Positions 13,171 to 27,069 of a DNA stretch of 64,000 bases are shown here, one piece after another. The stretch spans positions 60,016,001 to 60,080,000 of the forward strand of contig OZ024748.1 of assembly GCA_964016885.1 (NCBI GenBank), written 5' to 3'. Source of the DNA: Eledone cirrhosa (lineage: Eukaryota). Each line of letters begins with the position of its first letter. The first letter of the stretch is position 1. Under the pieces are notes generated by a model. It did not search any database and was not told the DNA's origin. It saw nothing but the letters and a program-made list of their open reading frames with translations. A program made the position numbers and the translations under genes.

Positions 13171-14718
13171 TCGCTATTTCAGAGCATTTATTCCAATTTC
13201 TAATTTCTGCCGGACCGGCAACCGCTCTTTCAAACCAGTTCCTGTACACAGCTAAGTATTCTATAAGTCTCTAGCTGTGTCATTCTCGATAAAAGCACTG
13301 GATATGTAGTCCTGATGAATTCTAACAAGAATGAAACGCGTAGATTACTTCCCTTGCTTTTATCGAGAATCTAATTGTAATACGTGACGTATTCTATTCT
13401 ATAGCGATTAGGTCTTCAAAATGTTTATTATAAACATACAGAATATTTTCGAATATTCTATGTCTATATTCATATATATATCGCTATTTCAGAGCATTTA
13501 TTCCAATTTCTAATTTCTGCCGGACCGGCAACCGCTCTTTCAAACCAGTTCCTGTACACAGCTAAGTATTCTATAAGTCTCTAGCTGTGTCATTCTCGAT
13601 AAAAGCACTGGATATGTAGTCCTGATGAATTCTAACAAGAATGAAACGCGTAGATTACTTCCCTTGCTTTTATCGAGAATCTAATTGTAATACGTGACGT
13701 ATTCTATTCTATAGCGATTAGGTCTTCAAAATGTTTATTATAAACATACAGAATATTTTCGAATATTCTATGTCTATATTCATATATATATCGCTATTTC
13801 AGAGCATTTATTCCAATTTCTAATTTCTGCCGGACCGGCAACCGCTCTTTCAAACCAGTTCCTGTACACAGCTAAGTATTCTATAAGTCTCTAGCTGTGT
13901 CATTCTCGATAAAAGCACTGGATATGTAGTCCTGATGAATTCTAACAAGAATGAAACGCGTAGATTACTTCCCTTGCTTTTATCGAGAATCTAATTGTAA
14001 TACGTGACGTATTCTATTCTATAGCGATTAGGTCTTCAAAATGTTTATTATAAACATACAGAATATTTTCGAATATTCTATGTCTATATTCATATATATA
14101 TCGCTATTTCAGAGCATTTATTCCAATTTCTAATTTCTGCCGGACCGGCAACCGCTCTTTCAAACCAGTTCCTGTACACAGCTAAGTATTCTATAAGTCT
14201 CTAGCTGTGTCATTCTCGATAAAAGCACTGGATATGTAGTCCTGATGAATTCTAACAAGAATGAAACGCGTAGATTACTTCCCTTGCTTTTATCGAGAAT
14301 CTAATTGTAATACGTGACGTATTCTATTCTATAGCGATTAGGTCTTCAAAATGTTTATTATAAACATACAGAATATTTTCGAATATTCTATGTCTATATT
14401 CATATATATATCGCTATTTCAGAGCATTTATTCCAATTTCTAATTTCTGCCGGACCGGCAACCGCTCTTTCAAACCAGTTCCTGTACACAGCTAAGTATT
14501 CTATAAGTCTCTAGCTGTGTCATTCTCGATAAAAGCACTGGATATGTAGTCCTGATGAATTCTAACAAGAATGAAACGCGTAGATTACTTCCCTTGCTTT
14601 TATCGAGAATCTAATTGTAATACGTGACGTATTCTATTCTATAGCGATTAGGTCTTCAAAATGTTTATTATAAACATACAGAATATTTTCGAATATTCTA
14701 TGTCTATATTCATATATA
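13171..14718 (+). repeat. Tandem array of 5 x 310 bp apparently identical units, each with a type I hammerhead ribozyme (retrozyme-like)
   Basis: Unit start TCGCTATTTCAGAGC at 13171, 13481, 13791, 14101 and 14411; flanked by (TA)n-rich DNA. Confidence 0.95.
13282..13370 (+). ncRNA. Type I hammerhead ribozyme, repeated every 310 bp
   Basis: Stem I GTAGTC/GATTAC, core CTGATGA (13312-13318), stem II ATTCT-AACA-AGAAT, GAAA, palindromic stem III ACGCGT and GUA triplet. A perfect 16-bp distal helix pairs 13282-13297 with 13355-13370. Confidence 0.9.
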
Positions 14719-14748
14719 CATGTATATATACATATATATATACATGTA

Positions 14749-14779
<31 letters not shown>

Positions 14780-14781
14780 AG

Positions 14782-14826
<45 letters not shown>

Positions 14827-14907
14827 GATATATATATATATATATAAATGTATATTCACATATACATATATATACATATACACATATTTATATGCATATA
14901 TATATTA

Positions 14908-14938
<31 letters not shown>

Positions 14939-14950
14939 CACACACATATA

Positions 14951-15024
<74 letters not shown>

Positions 15025-15162
15025 GGGGGGGGGGGGGGTATAATAGGAGATTGCAACATTTCCTCTCTGGCGATGTCAAGCAGTAATAATGCTACCAGGG
15101 GAAGTCCACATTCCTTTCCACACTCTATCACATGTTTTCTTTCAATTATCCATACAAAACCA

Positions 15163-15205
<43 letters not shown>

Positions 15206-15223
15206 CATACATGTATGTATACA

Positions 15224-15831
15224 TGATGGCTGCCAACTCGTTTTCGAGTACGGCCACTACTTTATATCCATGTAGGAGAACCCCTACTGATGCGCTGAAC
15301 GAGTGACTTTTTAGTCCAGCCAGCGACTTGAAAACTCTGGTACAAACACTACACTTGTGACAATTATTGACATATAGTACTGGGCCCATGGTACCATGTG
15401 ACGACAAGTGCAGAGAGATCTCCAGATATAAAGCAATGCCTGTGCCGTGAAGCTTTTATAGTGAGCAAAGGTACTGCACAAAGCCAGTCCCACTCTCTTA
15501 ACCAAGATGATATTTACCAAAAAGAAGAACCAGTCAACATCATTGGATACCATCAGGGTTGCAGGTGTTATATCAGAGTTTTCCTTCTCCTAGAATTCTG
15601 CCTTGACAAAGGCTAAGGGATCATCTCTCCCGGTGATTTTGGATGGTCATTGACTCTTAAGAGCCCATTTGCCCTTTGACAGGTTTTATTTTTAATCCTG
15701 CAGGATGTCCAAAGTCCCCCTCCTCACCAAGAAACCTTGGTGGGTTGCCAGTTTAGTCGCCAACGACCTGACCGTAGGACAGGTTGTACTAGGATACATG
15801 TTACCAGTAGCACCAACTGGTGACCTGACAT
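15224..15831 (-). mobile_element. ~600 bp non-autonomous RTE-derived element
   Basis: Reverse-complement copy of 11290-11897 and 23549-24160; CHKCSVCTRVFKSLAGLKSH. Confidence 0.75.
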
Positions 15832-15919
15832 AAAATATATGTATACATACCTATATATATACATACATACATACATACATACATACATACATACATACAT
15901 ACATACATACATACATACA

Positions 15920-15955
<36 letters not shown>

Positions 15956-15981
15956 TATACATCTATATTTATATATATATA

Positions 15982-16550
15982 TCAGAAACTATCATCAAAC
16001 AAGAATGGAATGGATGCTGCACAATATCGAATCGCCCTAGGTTGGGAAGCTTTCAACAAGAATAAGGAAGTACTAACATCAAAACGAGTTGGCTTCATTC
16101 GAAGGCTAAGACCTTCGATACTTACATCCTTCAAGTGGTGTTATAAGGTCTTGACTGTGTTATTTGGACGACAAGTTCAATTCAGAATCTCATTATATTT
16201 CAGAACCACATCATGAGACTTATGACTGGCAAACGCATCAGCGATCGTATCTGCTCTATATTAGCAGACTTAGACCAATTACATCAATTGTAAAGTCAAC
16301 AGTACTCAAACTATACGGTCATATAAAAAGATCAACTCGTAGTGTGAGTAGGTTATGCCTGGAAGGTTTGTTGGCTGGTAGGAGAAGCAGAGGCCGGCAG
16401 CCAAAATGATGGCTTTATGATGTTAATAACTTATGGGCTGGACTTGGGCTTTGCTTTTTAATCTCTGCTGTTAGTGACCGAACTTTTCGGAGAAAAATAT
16501 CTCATGTTGATGCGCAGTCTGCGACTGGTGGAGTTTAGCGTCAAAGTAGT
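15982..16550 (+). mobile_element. Decayed RTE-clade LINE ORF2 C-terminal fragment
   Basis: [20 protein letters not shown]...LKLYGHIKR...LEGLLAGRRSRGRQPK, with frameshifts. Confidence 0.7.
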
Positions 16551-17435
16551 GATATAAATTGATATATATAAAAGATATAATACATATATACGTATGTATA
16601 TATACATATATAAAATATATAATATATATATATATACGTATGTATATATATATACACATATATATAAACTCACATTCTCTCAAACATACATACTGAGCTA
16701 TCACAGTATTTGCTCAATATACTTTCAAATATAAAGACCCTATTCACTGCGACTGAATATATGTCAGATATCTCTCCTAGAACGCAACATTTATCGTTTT
16801 ATAGTGAAAGAATATATCATGATATGTCATTTGGAATATCTTATGTTATAGGAATTCCAAGATATATCTTTAGAAACCACAAAAATGAAGTACATTGGGG
16901 GAAAAAATTTAGAAAACTTACATCAAAGACTAATGTTGTTATTTGAACTTTTGTATCCGGGATAAAAACGTGTCATTTTTTTTATCTTGTTTTAGTATCA
17001 GAGAATTATATACGATAGCATCTGTGCTAAGGGCTTATGTTGTATGAGTCTTTGTTGAACATTATGTTAACTAGTTAAAGGTGATTAAAATGATATAAGA
17101 TAGGGAAGAGAGAAAGAGAGAGTAAGAGAAAAAAAAGATAGAAATGGGGCAGTGATATATTTTATATCTTATAGGAGCTGTTCGTCTGGGAAACATTTAG
17201 GAAAAGAAGAAGAGTTGTAATGAATAAAAAACAATCTTTCATTGAATGAAGATATAAAACAAATTTGATATGTGAGAAATCTGGAAAAATTCTCAACCTT
17301 TGTCCTTTGAATCTATTGTATCTGAAAATATATAAAGTAATCGGATCATTGATGACATCACGCACAACCTTATATAAATATAGACAAATACTCGCGCACA
17401 AGAATGCACACAGATTAACACGCACGCACACACAC

Positions 17436-17542
<107 letters not shown>

Positions 17543-17741
17543 GTATAGATTGGGTTAGAAACTCAAAATAGTCTCCTACAATTAAATAGCTGAAGGAAAG
17601 ATATTTTTTCCGAGCCGAATATAAAAGAGAGAAAAACACAGATATATACACATATGTGTTCAAATCGCAAGGGACCAGGTTCGCTATGTGAAAAAAATAC
17701 TAACTATGAACAACAGGGTTTGCCAGGCTAATTTAAAATAA

Positions 17742-17921
17742 TTGTTTCTACTTTAGGCACAAGGCCAGCAAATACCCAGTACATTACTGGTACTTTATTT
17801 TATCGACCCCGTAAGGATGAAAGGCAAAGTTAACCTCGGCGGGATTTGAACTCAGAATGTAAAGGGACGTAACTATGCTAGAAAGCATGGCGTCCAACCC
17901 TCTACCGATACTGCCAATTCA
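17742..17921 (-). mobile_element. SINE family A
   Basis: Full-length family match. Confidence 0.85.
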
Positions 17922-18079
17922 CAAAATAATAAATCAAGAAAAGAAATACAAACCGATATTGGGGCAACTGCCAGACACTCAGACAGCTTTTGGTATCGCT
18001 GTTTCGCAATTTTAGCGGAGGGATTTATCAATTACATTGCTCATCACTGGGAGTAAAATTAGTAAACCCTCACTTCTAA

Positions 18080-18200
<121 letters not shown>

Positions 18201-18383
18201 TATATATATGAAAATCAATATGGGCACAACAAAAATCTGTTTAGACCATTACTCACCACTCACCAGAGTATACGTTACTTAGTGTAGTAGAATATGGTTT
18301 AGCTCTTGCCGTTTCAACAGCTATTTCCGAATCTGGAACTAGCTGTCGAAACTGCAAGAGCTTAGCCGTATGGGCCTCGACAC

Positions 18384-18433
<50 letters not shown>

Positions 18434-18465
18434 GTGTCGAGGCCCATACGGCTAAGCTCTTGCTT

Positions 18466-19337
18466 ATTGTTATACTTGGAGAGGGTCATATTGTTGTAAT
18501 AATATTGGCAGAATTAATAACAGAACACACTCTCTGTTTGGTAGGTTTTCGCTTCTGTATCTTTCATATCAGTTAATTCATTCGGTCCTCAATGTTTACC
18601 ATTGACTGACCAACGGTAAAAAATACGGATATTATATAGACACAAACACATATATATATAGTCTAACAAAGTTCTTTCGTTGCACATCTGCAACATCGTC
18701 AGTGGTGCCATTATGTTCCTCCTGTTGTATTGTATATCTACGCCAACTTTATTTAATCTGTTTATTTATTTTTGTCTTCTCTGCGCATGCGTTTGCGTGT
18801 GTGTATAGTGTTTGGTGTGTGTTCGCGTTTGGGTGACTGTGTTTTGGTTATTGTAGTCTATCTTAGTTTACTAGTGTGTGTTAATATGTGTTTGTTGTTA
18901 TTTATATTTCTCTTAGGTCAGTATTGTTTGTTTGGGTCTTGTTATTCCATTCATTTTTTTCTATTTAGCTTTGGCCTTCTAACTTCTATTTCACTTGCCT
19001 CTCTAATTTGCCTATCTGCTGGGTCATTTCTATGTTTAGAAATTATTTTAATTTCTATGTTGTCTATATTACCGTCATGTTATTGTCTGGCACGTTCGTA
19101 TAGTACTGAACCGTTTCTTCTTCCTTTTAGTTCCCCCCAGTGTTGGTCTATCTTTTCACCTATGCCACGAGCTGCCTCGCCTATGTATGTTGTTGTCATG
19201 TTTCTGCAAGTACCCTCTGTACATCTTATGCTATAGACTACGTTTCTAGTTTTATAGTTTATCCAGGGGATTTACTTTACATATAATACATTTCCTATTA
19301 GTACAGTGGGTTTTCTTAAAAGGGTAGGTTTTGCTGC
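18466..19337 (-). mobile_element. Diverged 3' end (GIY-YIG region and 3' UTR) of the Penelope family found at 31470-33612
   Basis: Colinear similarity to 31470-32425, including the TYIGE...IDQHWGELKGR coding region. Confidence 0.85.
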
Positions 19338-19499
19338 TCAAGCCGTTTCGACAATTATTTCAGTCCAGAAATAGCCGTCGAAATGGCTTGAGCTCTGCCG
19401 CCGGGGTTAAACATTTTCCTATTACCCACTCTACTACCCTAAGTATTGAGTATTCTGGTGCGTTATGGTCCATCTGGTTCCTTACCACACGTCCTTCGA

Positions 19500-19613
19500 G
19501 GAGATAACGAAGGACCGAGACAAGTGGAGAGGTGGTGTGCTGAATAGAACCCGGCCAACCTTTGCAAGCATGGACAATCGGACGTAAAATGATGATGATG
19601 TTGATGATGATGA

Positions 19614-19617
<4 letters not shown>
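19500..19617 (+). mobile_element. RTE-like LINE 3' terminus with (GAT)n tail
   Basis: DRDKWRGGV...PTFASMDNRT* followed by (GAT)n. Confidence 0.55.
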
Positions 19618-19649
<32 letters not shown>

Positions 19650-19860
19650 TAAAATAACAGATTAAAGTTTAAGCAAATAATCGCTGCTTTCACCCCAAAC
19701 GGGATCTTCAGAAGATCCCGTTAAGGTGAAAGCAGCGATTCTTTGCTTAAACTTTAATCTGTTATTTTAATAAATATTTGCTCTATGGTTCTTATATATT
19801 TGATATATATATATCTTTATCGAGCCCTCTTTGGATTTTAGTCTTCAAATTTATTATTAT

Positions 19861-19891
<31 letters not shown>

Positions 19892-19973
19892 CGTTATTCC
19901 GGGTTGAATCGGAGGTAACCACAGTAAGTAAGGTACTCAATACATAGCAGAGTATAAAAGTTTTAATATAGAT

Positions 19974-20075
19974 GAGATTCTACAGGACTAGAACTGTTTC
20001 ATTCATTAGAAATCATCAGGAATCTCCTGATGATTTCTAATGAATGAAACAGTTCTAGTCCTGTAGAATCTCATC
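19974..20075. ncRNA. Back-to-back hammerheads (family H2): complete on the minus strand at 19974-20026, stem I truncated on the plus strand
   Basis: Minus strand: GAGATTC-CTGATGA-TTTC.TAAT.GAAT-GAAA-CAG..CTG-TA-GAATCTC. Confidence 0.75.
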
Positions 20076-20085
20076 TATATTAAAA

Positions 20086-20134
<49 letters not shown>

Positions 20135-20136
<2 letters not shown>

Positions 20137-20385
20137 TGGTAAACGGAATAGAAAATGCTGACAAACTGTTCACAGTGAAAAATAGTTTAATTAGGAATAA
20201 GTGAGAATTAGTAATAGTATTGGTTATATGTAAAGTAATGCTTTTTGAAAAGCATTAGAAATGCGCAACCGGTAAAACTTAAAACCAAAACTGAATACTA
20301 ACCAATACTATTACTAATTCTCACTTATTCCTAATTAAACTATTTTTCACTGTGAACAATTTGTCAGCATTTTCTATTCCGTTTA

Positions 20386-20390
<5 letters not shown>
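20135..20390. repeat. Inverted repeat (~92 bp arms) enclosing a degenerate U3-A8 hammerhead at 20242-20277
   Basis: Arms TATTGGTAAACGGAATAG...GTATTGGTTA and its complement. Spacer TTT-TTGAAAA-GCATT.AGA.AATGC-GCAA-CCGG-TA-AAA. Confidence 0.7.
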
Positions 20391-20430
<40 letters not shown>

Positions 20431-20766
20431 AAATGTGTTAAATCCTTGGTACAGTTAATTATATTTAAAAATCGGAAAAGAAAGATTTGACTTGTAGTTC
20501 TAAACAATTTAATTTAATTTTATAATATTATAATTTTACAATTTGGTTTGGTAGATCTAGTAAGCTCTTTGTTAACTTTGGTGGGGAGATTTTTTTAAAG
20601 ATTCTTGGTTAAATTTCCTTGAAAACCTTATCGCATTCGTCGGTGGCGATTGTCAAGTTGGAAAATTATAACATAAAATTAAATTAAGTTATTTAGAACT
20701 ACAAGTGAAGTCTTTTTTTCCTTTTTAAATATATATATATATATATATAAATAGATAATGGTACGA

Positions 20767-20843
<77 letters not shown>

Positions 20844-20849
20844 CATATA

Positions 20850-20891
<42 letters not shown>

Positions 20892-21007
20892 GAGGTATCC
20901 ACTGTAATTTGTGGGGTCTATTCTGTATGAAGAACTCAATGTAATCCATATGTTGAAAATGTTGTAGGTTAAGATAAATCTCAGAAAACAATAAAACATA
21001 GTCATGA

Positions 21008-21354
21008 TATAAGTTAAAACAATGAAAAAAAAATCAAGTCAGAGATATACTTCACTGCTTTACGATCGTTTCTAGATGATGATAATACATTTTATCTATA
21101 CTCTGTTATTGATCTATGTAAGTTTACAAACTATCAGATAGAGAGAATATTTACTTACATGCATATCACCTTTGTTTGCTTTTGAAAACAGGTGGTGATA
21201 TGCATGTAAGTAAATATTCTCTCCATCTGATAGTTTGTAAACTTTCATAGACCAATAACTGAGTATAGATACAATGTATTATCACCATCTAGAAACGATC
21301 GTAAAGCAGTGAAGTATATCTCTAATGACTTGATTTTTTATTTCATTGTTTTAA

Positions 21355-21360
<6 letters not shown>
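21008..21360. repeat. Long palindrome (~165 bp arms) whose centre and right arm hold a hammerhead at 21177-21308 (+)
   Basis: TGCTT-TTGAAAA-C-AGGTGGTGATA...TATCACCATCT-A-GAAA-CGATCG-TA-AAGCA. Confidence 0.75.
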
Positions 21361-21421
<61 letters not shown>

Positions 21422-21939
21422 AAACGAGAGATGCTTCCCTTTATGATAAAGCCAAATTATATATATATGTGTTTGAAATAAACTCGACTGCAATAATTGA
21501 GAAACGATACAGAAGCAGACGTTAGGTTATATTTATATACAGATACTCCTCCATCAACACACACCACCAGCAGCAGTTGCACCACCACCACCACCACCAC
21601 CACCATCACCACCACCATTACGATCAAACTCCCGTTTGTACTTTGTTCTTTATTTCGTACCACGTTGTAATTAACTCAAGTAATAAAATACAATAAAATA
21701 CAATAAAATACAATAAAATAAATAGAATAAAATACAATAAGAACAATAAAATAAAATACAATAAAATATAATAAAATACAATAAAATAAAATACAATAAA
21801 ATTGTTGGAAGTAAAATGACCTAATGAGGCATATAAACGGGAAACGATGATGCTAAAAGAAGGTATAATATACCTCTGGCTATCACCAATTGAACTTGTT
21901 AAATCAAATGTAATAGTCGTCATATTGGTATTATTACTA

Positions 21940-23075
21940 GTGTGGTATTGGTGTTGGTGGTGGTTGGGTTGTTGTTGGTGTTGGGCTTGGTGTTGGTGTA
22001 GATGTTACTATTAGTGTGCTATTGGTGTTGGTGTTGGGCTTGGTGTGTTGGTGTAGGTTTTACTATTAGTGTGGTATTGGTGTTGGTGTTGGTGTAGATG
22101 TTATTATTAGTGTGGTGTTAGTGTTGGTACTGGTGTTGGTTTGGTTTGGTGCCGACGGTGGTGTTGGTATGGTTTGGTTTGGTACCAACGGTGGTGTTGA
22201 TATATGGTGATGGTATTAGTGTTGGTGCTTGGTGCTGGTTTGGTGGTGGTGTTGCTGATGGTGTTGGTGTTGGTAATAGTGTTGGTGTTGGTGTTACTAT
22301 TAGTGTGGTCTTGGTGATGATGTTGGTTTGGTGTGGTGTTCGTGCTGGTGCTGGTGATGGTGTTGATGGTGGTGTTGGTATTGATGATAGTATTGGTGTA
22401 GGTGTTACTATTGATGTGATGTTGATGTTGGTGCTACTATTAGTGTGGTGTTGGTGATGGTGTTAATGTTGGTGTTGGTATGGTAGCGGCAGTGATATTT
22501 TAGATAAATAACTAATTTTAGCTACATGCTTGCTGTTCGGCTCTTTAGAAGTAGACTATCTCTGAGACAAAAACAAACAACTAACAAAATAAGAACCAAA
22601 CAACTAATTGAATTATTTTTGGTACAGCTGTGGCATCTATGGAAGGATGGAAGTGGAAGAATTGTTGGTAATCTTGGTGTTGATGCTGTAGTATTGATGG
22701 CAGTGAAAGTATTTGTGGTGTCACTGGTGATGTTAGTCTCAGTGTGGTGGTGGTGGTGGTGTTATCGTTGTTATTGGTGGTGGTATTGGTTGTGGTGGTA
22801 CTTGTGGTGCTATCTCAGTGTGGTGGTGGTGTTGTCGTTGTTATTGGTGGTACTGGTGGTGCTATCTCAGTGTGGTGCTGGTGTTGTCGTTGTTGTTGGT
22901 GGTACTGGTAGTGCTATGTCAGTGTGGTGGTGGTGTTGTAGTTGTTGTTGGTGGTACTGGTAGTGCTATCTCAGTGTGGTGGTGGTGTTGTAGTTGTTGT
23001 TGGTGGTACTGGTGGTGCTATCTCAGTGTGGTGGTGGTGGTGTTGTAGTCGTTGTTGGTGGTAGTGGTGTTGATT
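21940..23075. repeat. GT-rich low-complexity DNA including a 52-bp minisatellite (~5 copies, 22809-23060)
   Basis: GCTATCTCAGTGTGGTGG... recurs at 22809, 22861, 22913, 22965 and 23017. Confidence 0.85.
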
Positions 23076-23178
23076 GTGGCGATCTCGGTGTGGCGGTATG
23101 TTGAACGGTGTAATATAGATAGACATATATTTATAAATACACTTAACGACGTATGCAAACTTGAAGAATAAAAAAAAA

Positions 23179-23297
<119 letters not shown>

Positions 23298-23319
23298 CCA
23301 CACACGCACACACACACAC

Positions 23320-23354
<35 letters not shown>

Positions 23355-23455
23355 TAAAAAATATGCGTGAAGACAGGAAAATGAAAGAATACATAAGGAT
23401 CCATTTCATCAGTCGACCGCAATACATACATATATATATATATACATACATACAT

Positions 23456-23528
<73 letters not shown>

Positions 23529-23548
23529 TGTATGTATGTATATATATT

Positions 23549-24160
23549 ATGTCAGGTCACCAGTTGGTGCTACTGGTAACATGTATCCCAGTACAACCTG
23601 TCCCATGGTCGGGTCGTTGGCGACTAAACTGGCAACCCCACCAAGGTTTCTTGGTGAGGAGGGTGACTTTGGACATCCTGCAGGACTAAAAAAAAAACCT
23701 GTCAAAGGGCAAAGGAGCTCTTAAGAGTCAATGGCCATCCAAAATCACCGGGAGAGATGACCCCTTAGCCTTTGTCAAGGCAGAATTCTAGGAGAAGGAA
23801 AACTCTGATATAACACCTGCAACCCTGATGGTATCTAATGATGTTGACTTGTTCTTCTTTTTGGTAAATATCATCTTGGTTAAGAGAGTGGGACTGGCTT
23901 TGTGCAGTGCCTTTGCTCACTATAAAAGCTTCACGACAAAGGCATTGCTTTATATCTGGAGATCTCTCTGCACTTGTCGTCACATGGTACCATGGGCCCA
24001 GTACTATATGTCAATAATTGTCACAAGTGTAGTGTTTGTACCAGAGTTTTCAAGACGCTGGTTGGACTGAAAAGTCACACTCGTTCAGCGCATCGGTAGA
24101 AGTTCTTCTACATGTATATAAAGTAGTGGCCGTACTCGAAAACGAGTTGGCAGCCACCAT
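23549..24160 (+). mobile_element. ~600 bp non-autonomous RTE-derived element
   Basis: Full-length copy homologous to those at 11290 and 15224. Confidence 0.75.
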
Positions 24161-26147
24161 ATATACATATATATTAATATATCGATATATATATTTATAT
24201 ATGTATATATATTTGTTCAATGGAAAAGAGCTAGTTGATTTAGAATCAGCTGACGTTTAAGCAACAGATGTCAAGCACTGAACGGTAACGTTTTTTCCGG
24301 AGTTATATATTATATTATATTATAATAATAATAAACGTAAAACAAAATGAGTTATAGGCTTTCTCGATAAGTATTCAACAGAGTTATGTTCATAACAGAT
24401 ATGAAGCACTCGACAATTAAAATTTATCTGGAGTATTGTAATAATAAAAATAATAATAATAATAATAAATGGAGTTTATATATATATATATAATATATAT
24501 ATAGTAATAATAATAAATTTGAAGACTAAAATCCAAAGAGGGTCTCGATAAGGATAAATATATATCAAATATATAAGAACCGTTGAGCAAATATTTATTA
24601 AAATCACAGATTAAAGTTTAAGCAAAGAATCGCCGCGATTTAATCTGTTATTTTAATAAATAAATATATATATATGTGTGTGTGTGTGTGTATGTGTGTG
24701 TATGTATGTCTATATATACAACACGAGAGAGAAGGAAAGTAGGAGTTGAGGGGGAAGTATTAAAACGGTTATTTTGTTTCAACACAGTACTATATGAATT
24801 TGAGAAGGCTATGTTGTCAATAACAACACATGCACTAATTTACTTTTGCTTTGGTTTTATCATTAATTCATTCTCTTTTCTTAACTATCAAAGCACTTTT
24901 GTCACACTTTATCCGACCACATCTAAGATATTCCTCTGAGGAATTTCTATGTGAAGTGCCTTTCCTTTATGATGATATTAACATGCGACCTGAAACTAAA
25001 TAATGGTGAAGAAGCTCCCTTGTGTATTGATGTTTAACTCAATGGCAGCTCTCCTTTACCCGGCCTATGATCAACGGGCATTCCAGCCGTGACCTTCCTG
25101 TATTTTGATTATGTGTACGGGAATTAGAACCTTGATATACGACATGCTCTTCTAAACTGAGAGTGATTTTGTGACTATTTATAGCGACCATATCAAATCT
25201 GCCTCATGAATAGTTACATGATTCTGGGCTTAAAATAAAAATAGTCGTAAATATTTAAACCGGCCATTTCCGGCCAGAATTCTCTCACCTCTTTCTCTTC
25301 AAACCTGTTGTAACTGGCTACTCATACTTATGTTAAGGTATTGTTCTCAAAATAAATAATATCAAATTCTCGAGATTCGTCGAAATTATGTGAGATAATT
25401 ATGTGAAGTAAAGCCTTTACTGCGAAAATATAATAGTATACATAGAGTAATGTAAATGCGAAAGATTAATTCAAGATTAATTCAATTGAGAGATATTATC
25501 ACAGTACGTCTAATATTTTTGTATATATGAGATAATACTTGGTACAGCTATTTCTGAGATGAAGGTGGGGGGAGAGATCAAATGACGCGTGAGGGCATAT
25601 TTTCTACAACACAATACCAAATAGATATTTCGACTGCGGGGAAATGTAAAAATGTTTAGAGAATTAGAGATAACATCTCCTGTGTATAGTTACATCAATA
25701 TACGTCCTTATATAAAATTCAACCGATACCAACTTTTGTTGTGATCGTAAAATGCAGTAGATTCTTATGCTGTACCCTAAATAGAAAATGAGATTAAGAT
25801 TAAAATATAAGACAAAATTATTAATTCTGTAAGGGAAGGTTCCTGTTTACCGCTGCAGAAATGTATTTTGCCTTTTTTTCTTCGTCCAATAATATAAAAC
25901 GGTTCATAACTTTGGATCATATATGTTTAATGCTGCAAATATTTGAAAATCTAACTCCAATATTGGTTCGGTGTAATAATAAATTATTCATTTTTACGAC
26001 AGACTGCTCTGAAAAGCTCCTAGCATCATTTATTGCAACGTCATGACATTTATTTCCGAGACACATGTGATGCAATAGAGCCACAAGGGATTATCAACTA
26101 ACATCTATCTATCCCCCCATCTATCTATCCGTCCATCTATTTATCTA

Positions 26148-26213
<66 letters not shown>

Positions 26214-26305
26214 CCTATCTATCTATCTATCTATGTATTTATCTATATCTATCTATCTATCCATCCAAATATCTCTATCTATCTATTCATCTATCTATAT
26301 ATCTA

Positions 26306-27069
26306 TGGACAACTTCCAAAAGTCCCTGGCCTGGCAGTGCTACCGAGGAGCTCTACCAGTTCGAGCAAGCTCTACAGACATGGGCCCCCGGGCAGGGACC
26401 CTTCTAAAAAGATCTGTCCGAGATGCGTGCGAGATGAAGAAACCGTCGCGCACGCATTCGTACACTGCCCGGGCGTTACCGATCTGTGGGGTTATGTAGA
26501 ATGACTATTGTCACGGGTGGGACCAATCCGGTTGACCACCGAGTTCATTGTCATGATCAAACCGCCACCCTCCTTCAAAAACGAAGGAGAGGCGGTTTTC
26601 CTTTGTGTGATAGCTATGGCGAAAGAGGTTGTATGGTGGACAAGGTTGAAAGGGCTGAGGTCAGACACCTTTCTCTCCGGCCAACAACTGATTCTTTTTT
26701 TCAAATACCACTTTGGAAGAAGAATCAGGATGGAGAGAGAGGTGCTGTACCCCAGCAAGTTTTATGAAAGGTGGGTGAAAGTGGCGAGAATGGCCCGAGT
26801 GAATGGGCCTTCTCTCTATATCAGCCTGTAGGTTGAGGAAAAGGAGGAGGAGAGGAAAGGAGTACAAACTCATCGTACTCGTGGAGATGAGGGTTTCACA
26901 TTTTTTCGGGGGTATGTGTTACCCATATAAACTGTCTCCCTCTATTGGGGAAAATCGACTAATTTTTAAATTGCATTTGTGATAACATTTTACACAGTTT
27001 TATTGTATGTAAACTTCCCCCTTTGTATTTGTCCCCTTCTTTTGTGCCCCTGTGGCTAATAAAGAAACA

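Noticed and set aside
13171-14718. CRISPR-like or rDNA/snRNA array interpretation of the tandem arrays
   Set aside because: No unique spacers, no cas genes and no 5S/snRNA/tRNA sequence were recognised; the context is eukaryotic.
8100-16946. Plus-strand kringle-like hints near 8110-8330 and 16710-16946
   Set aside because: Too few conserved Cys residues and on the opposite strand; they show the false-positive risk of matching by eye.
23549-23680. Twister or HDV-like ribozyme in the RTE derivative
   Set aside because: P1, P4/L4 (UCCCA) and GAGGG resemble twister, but UAA-P2 is not correctly placed and HDV P1 could not be formed. Kept only as an unexplained structure.
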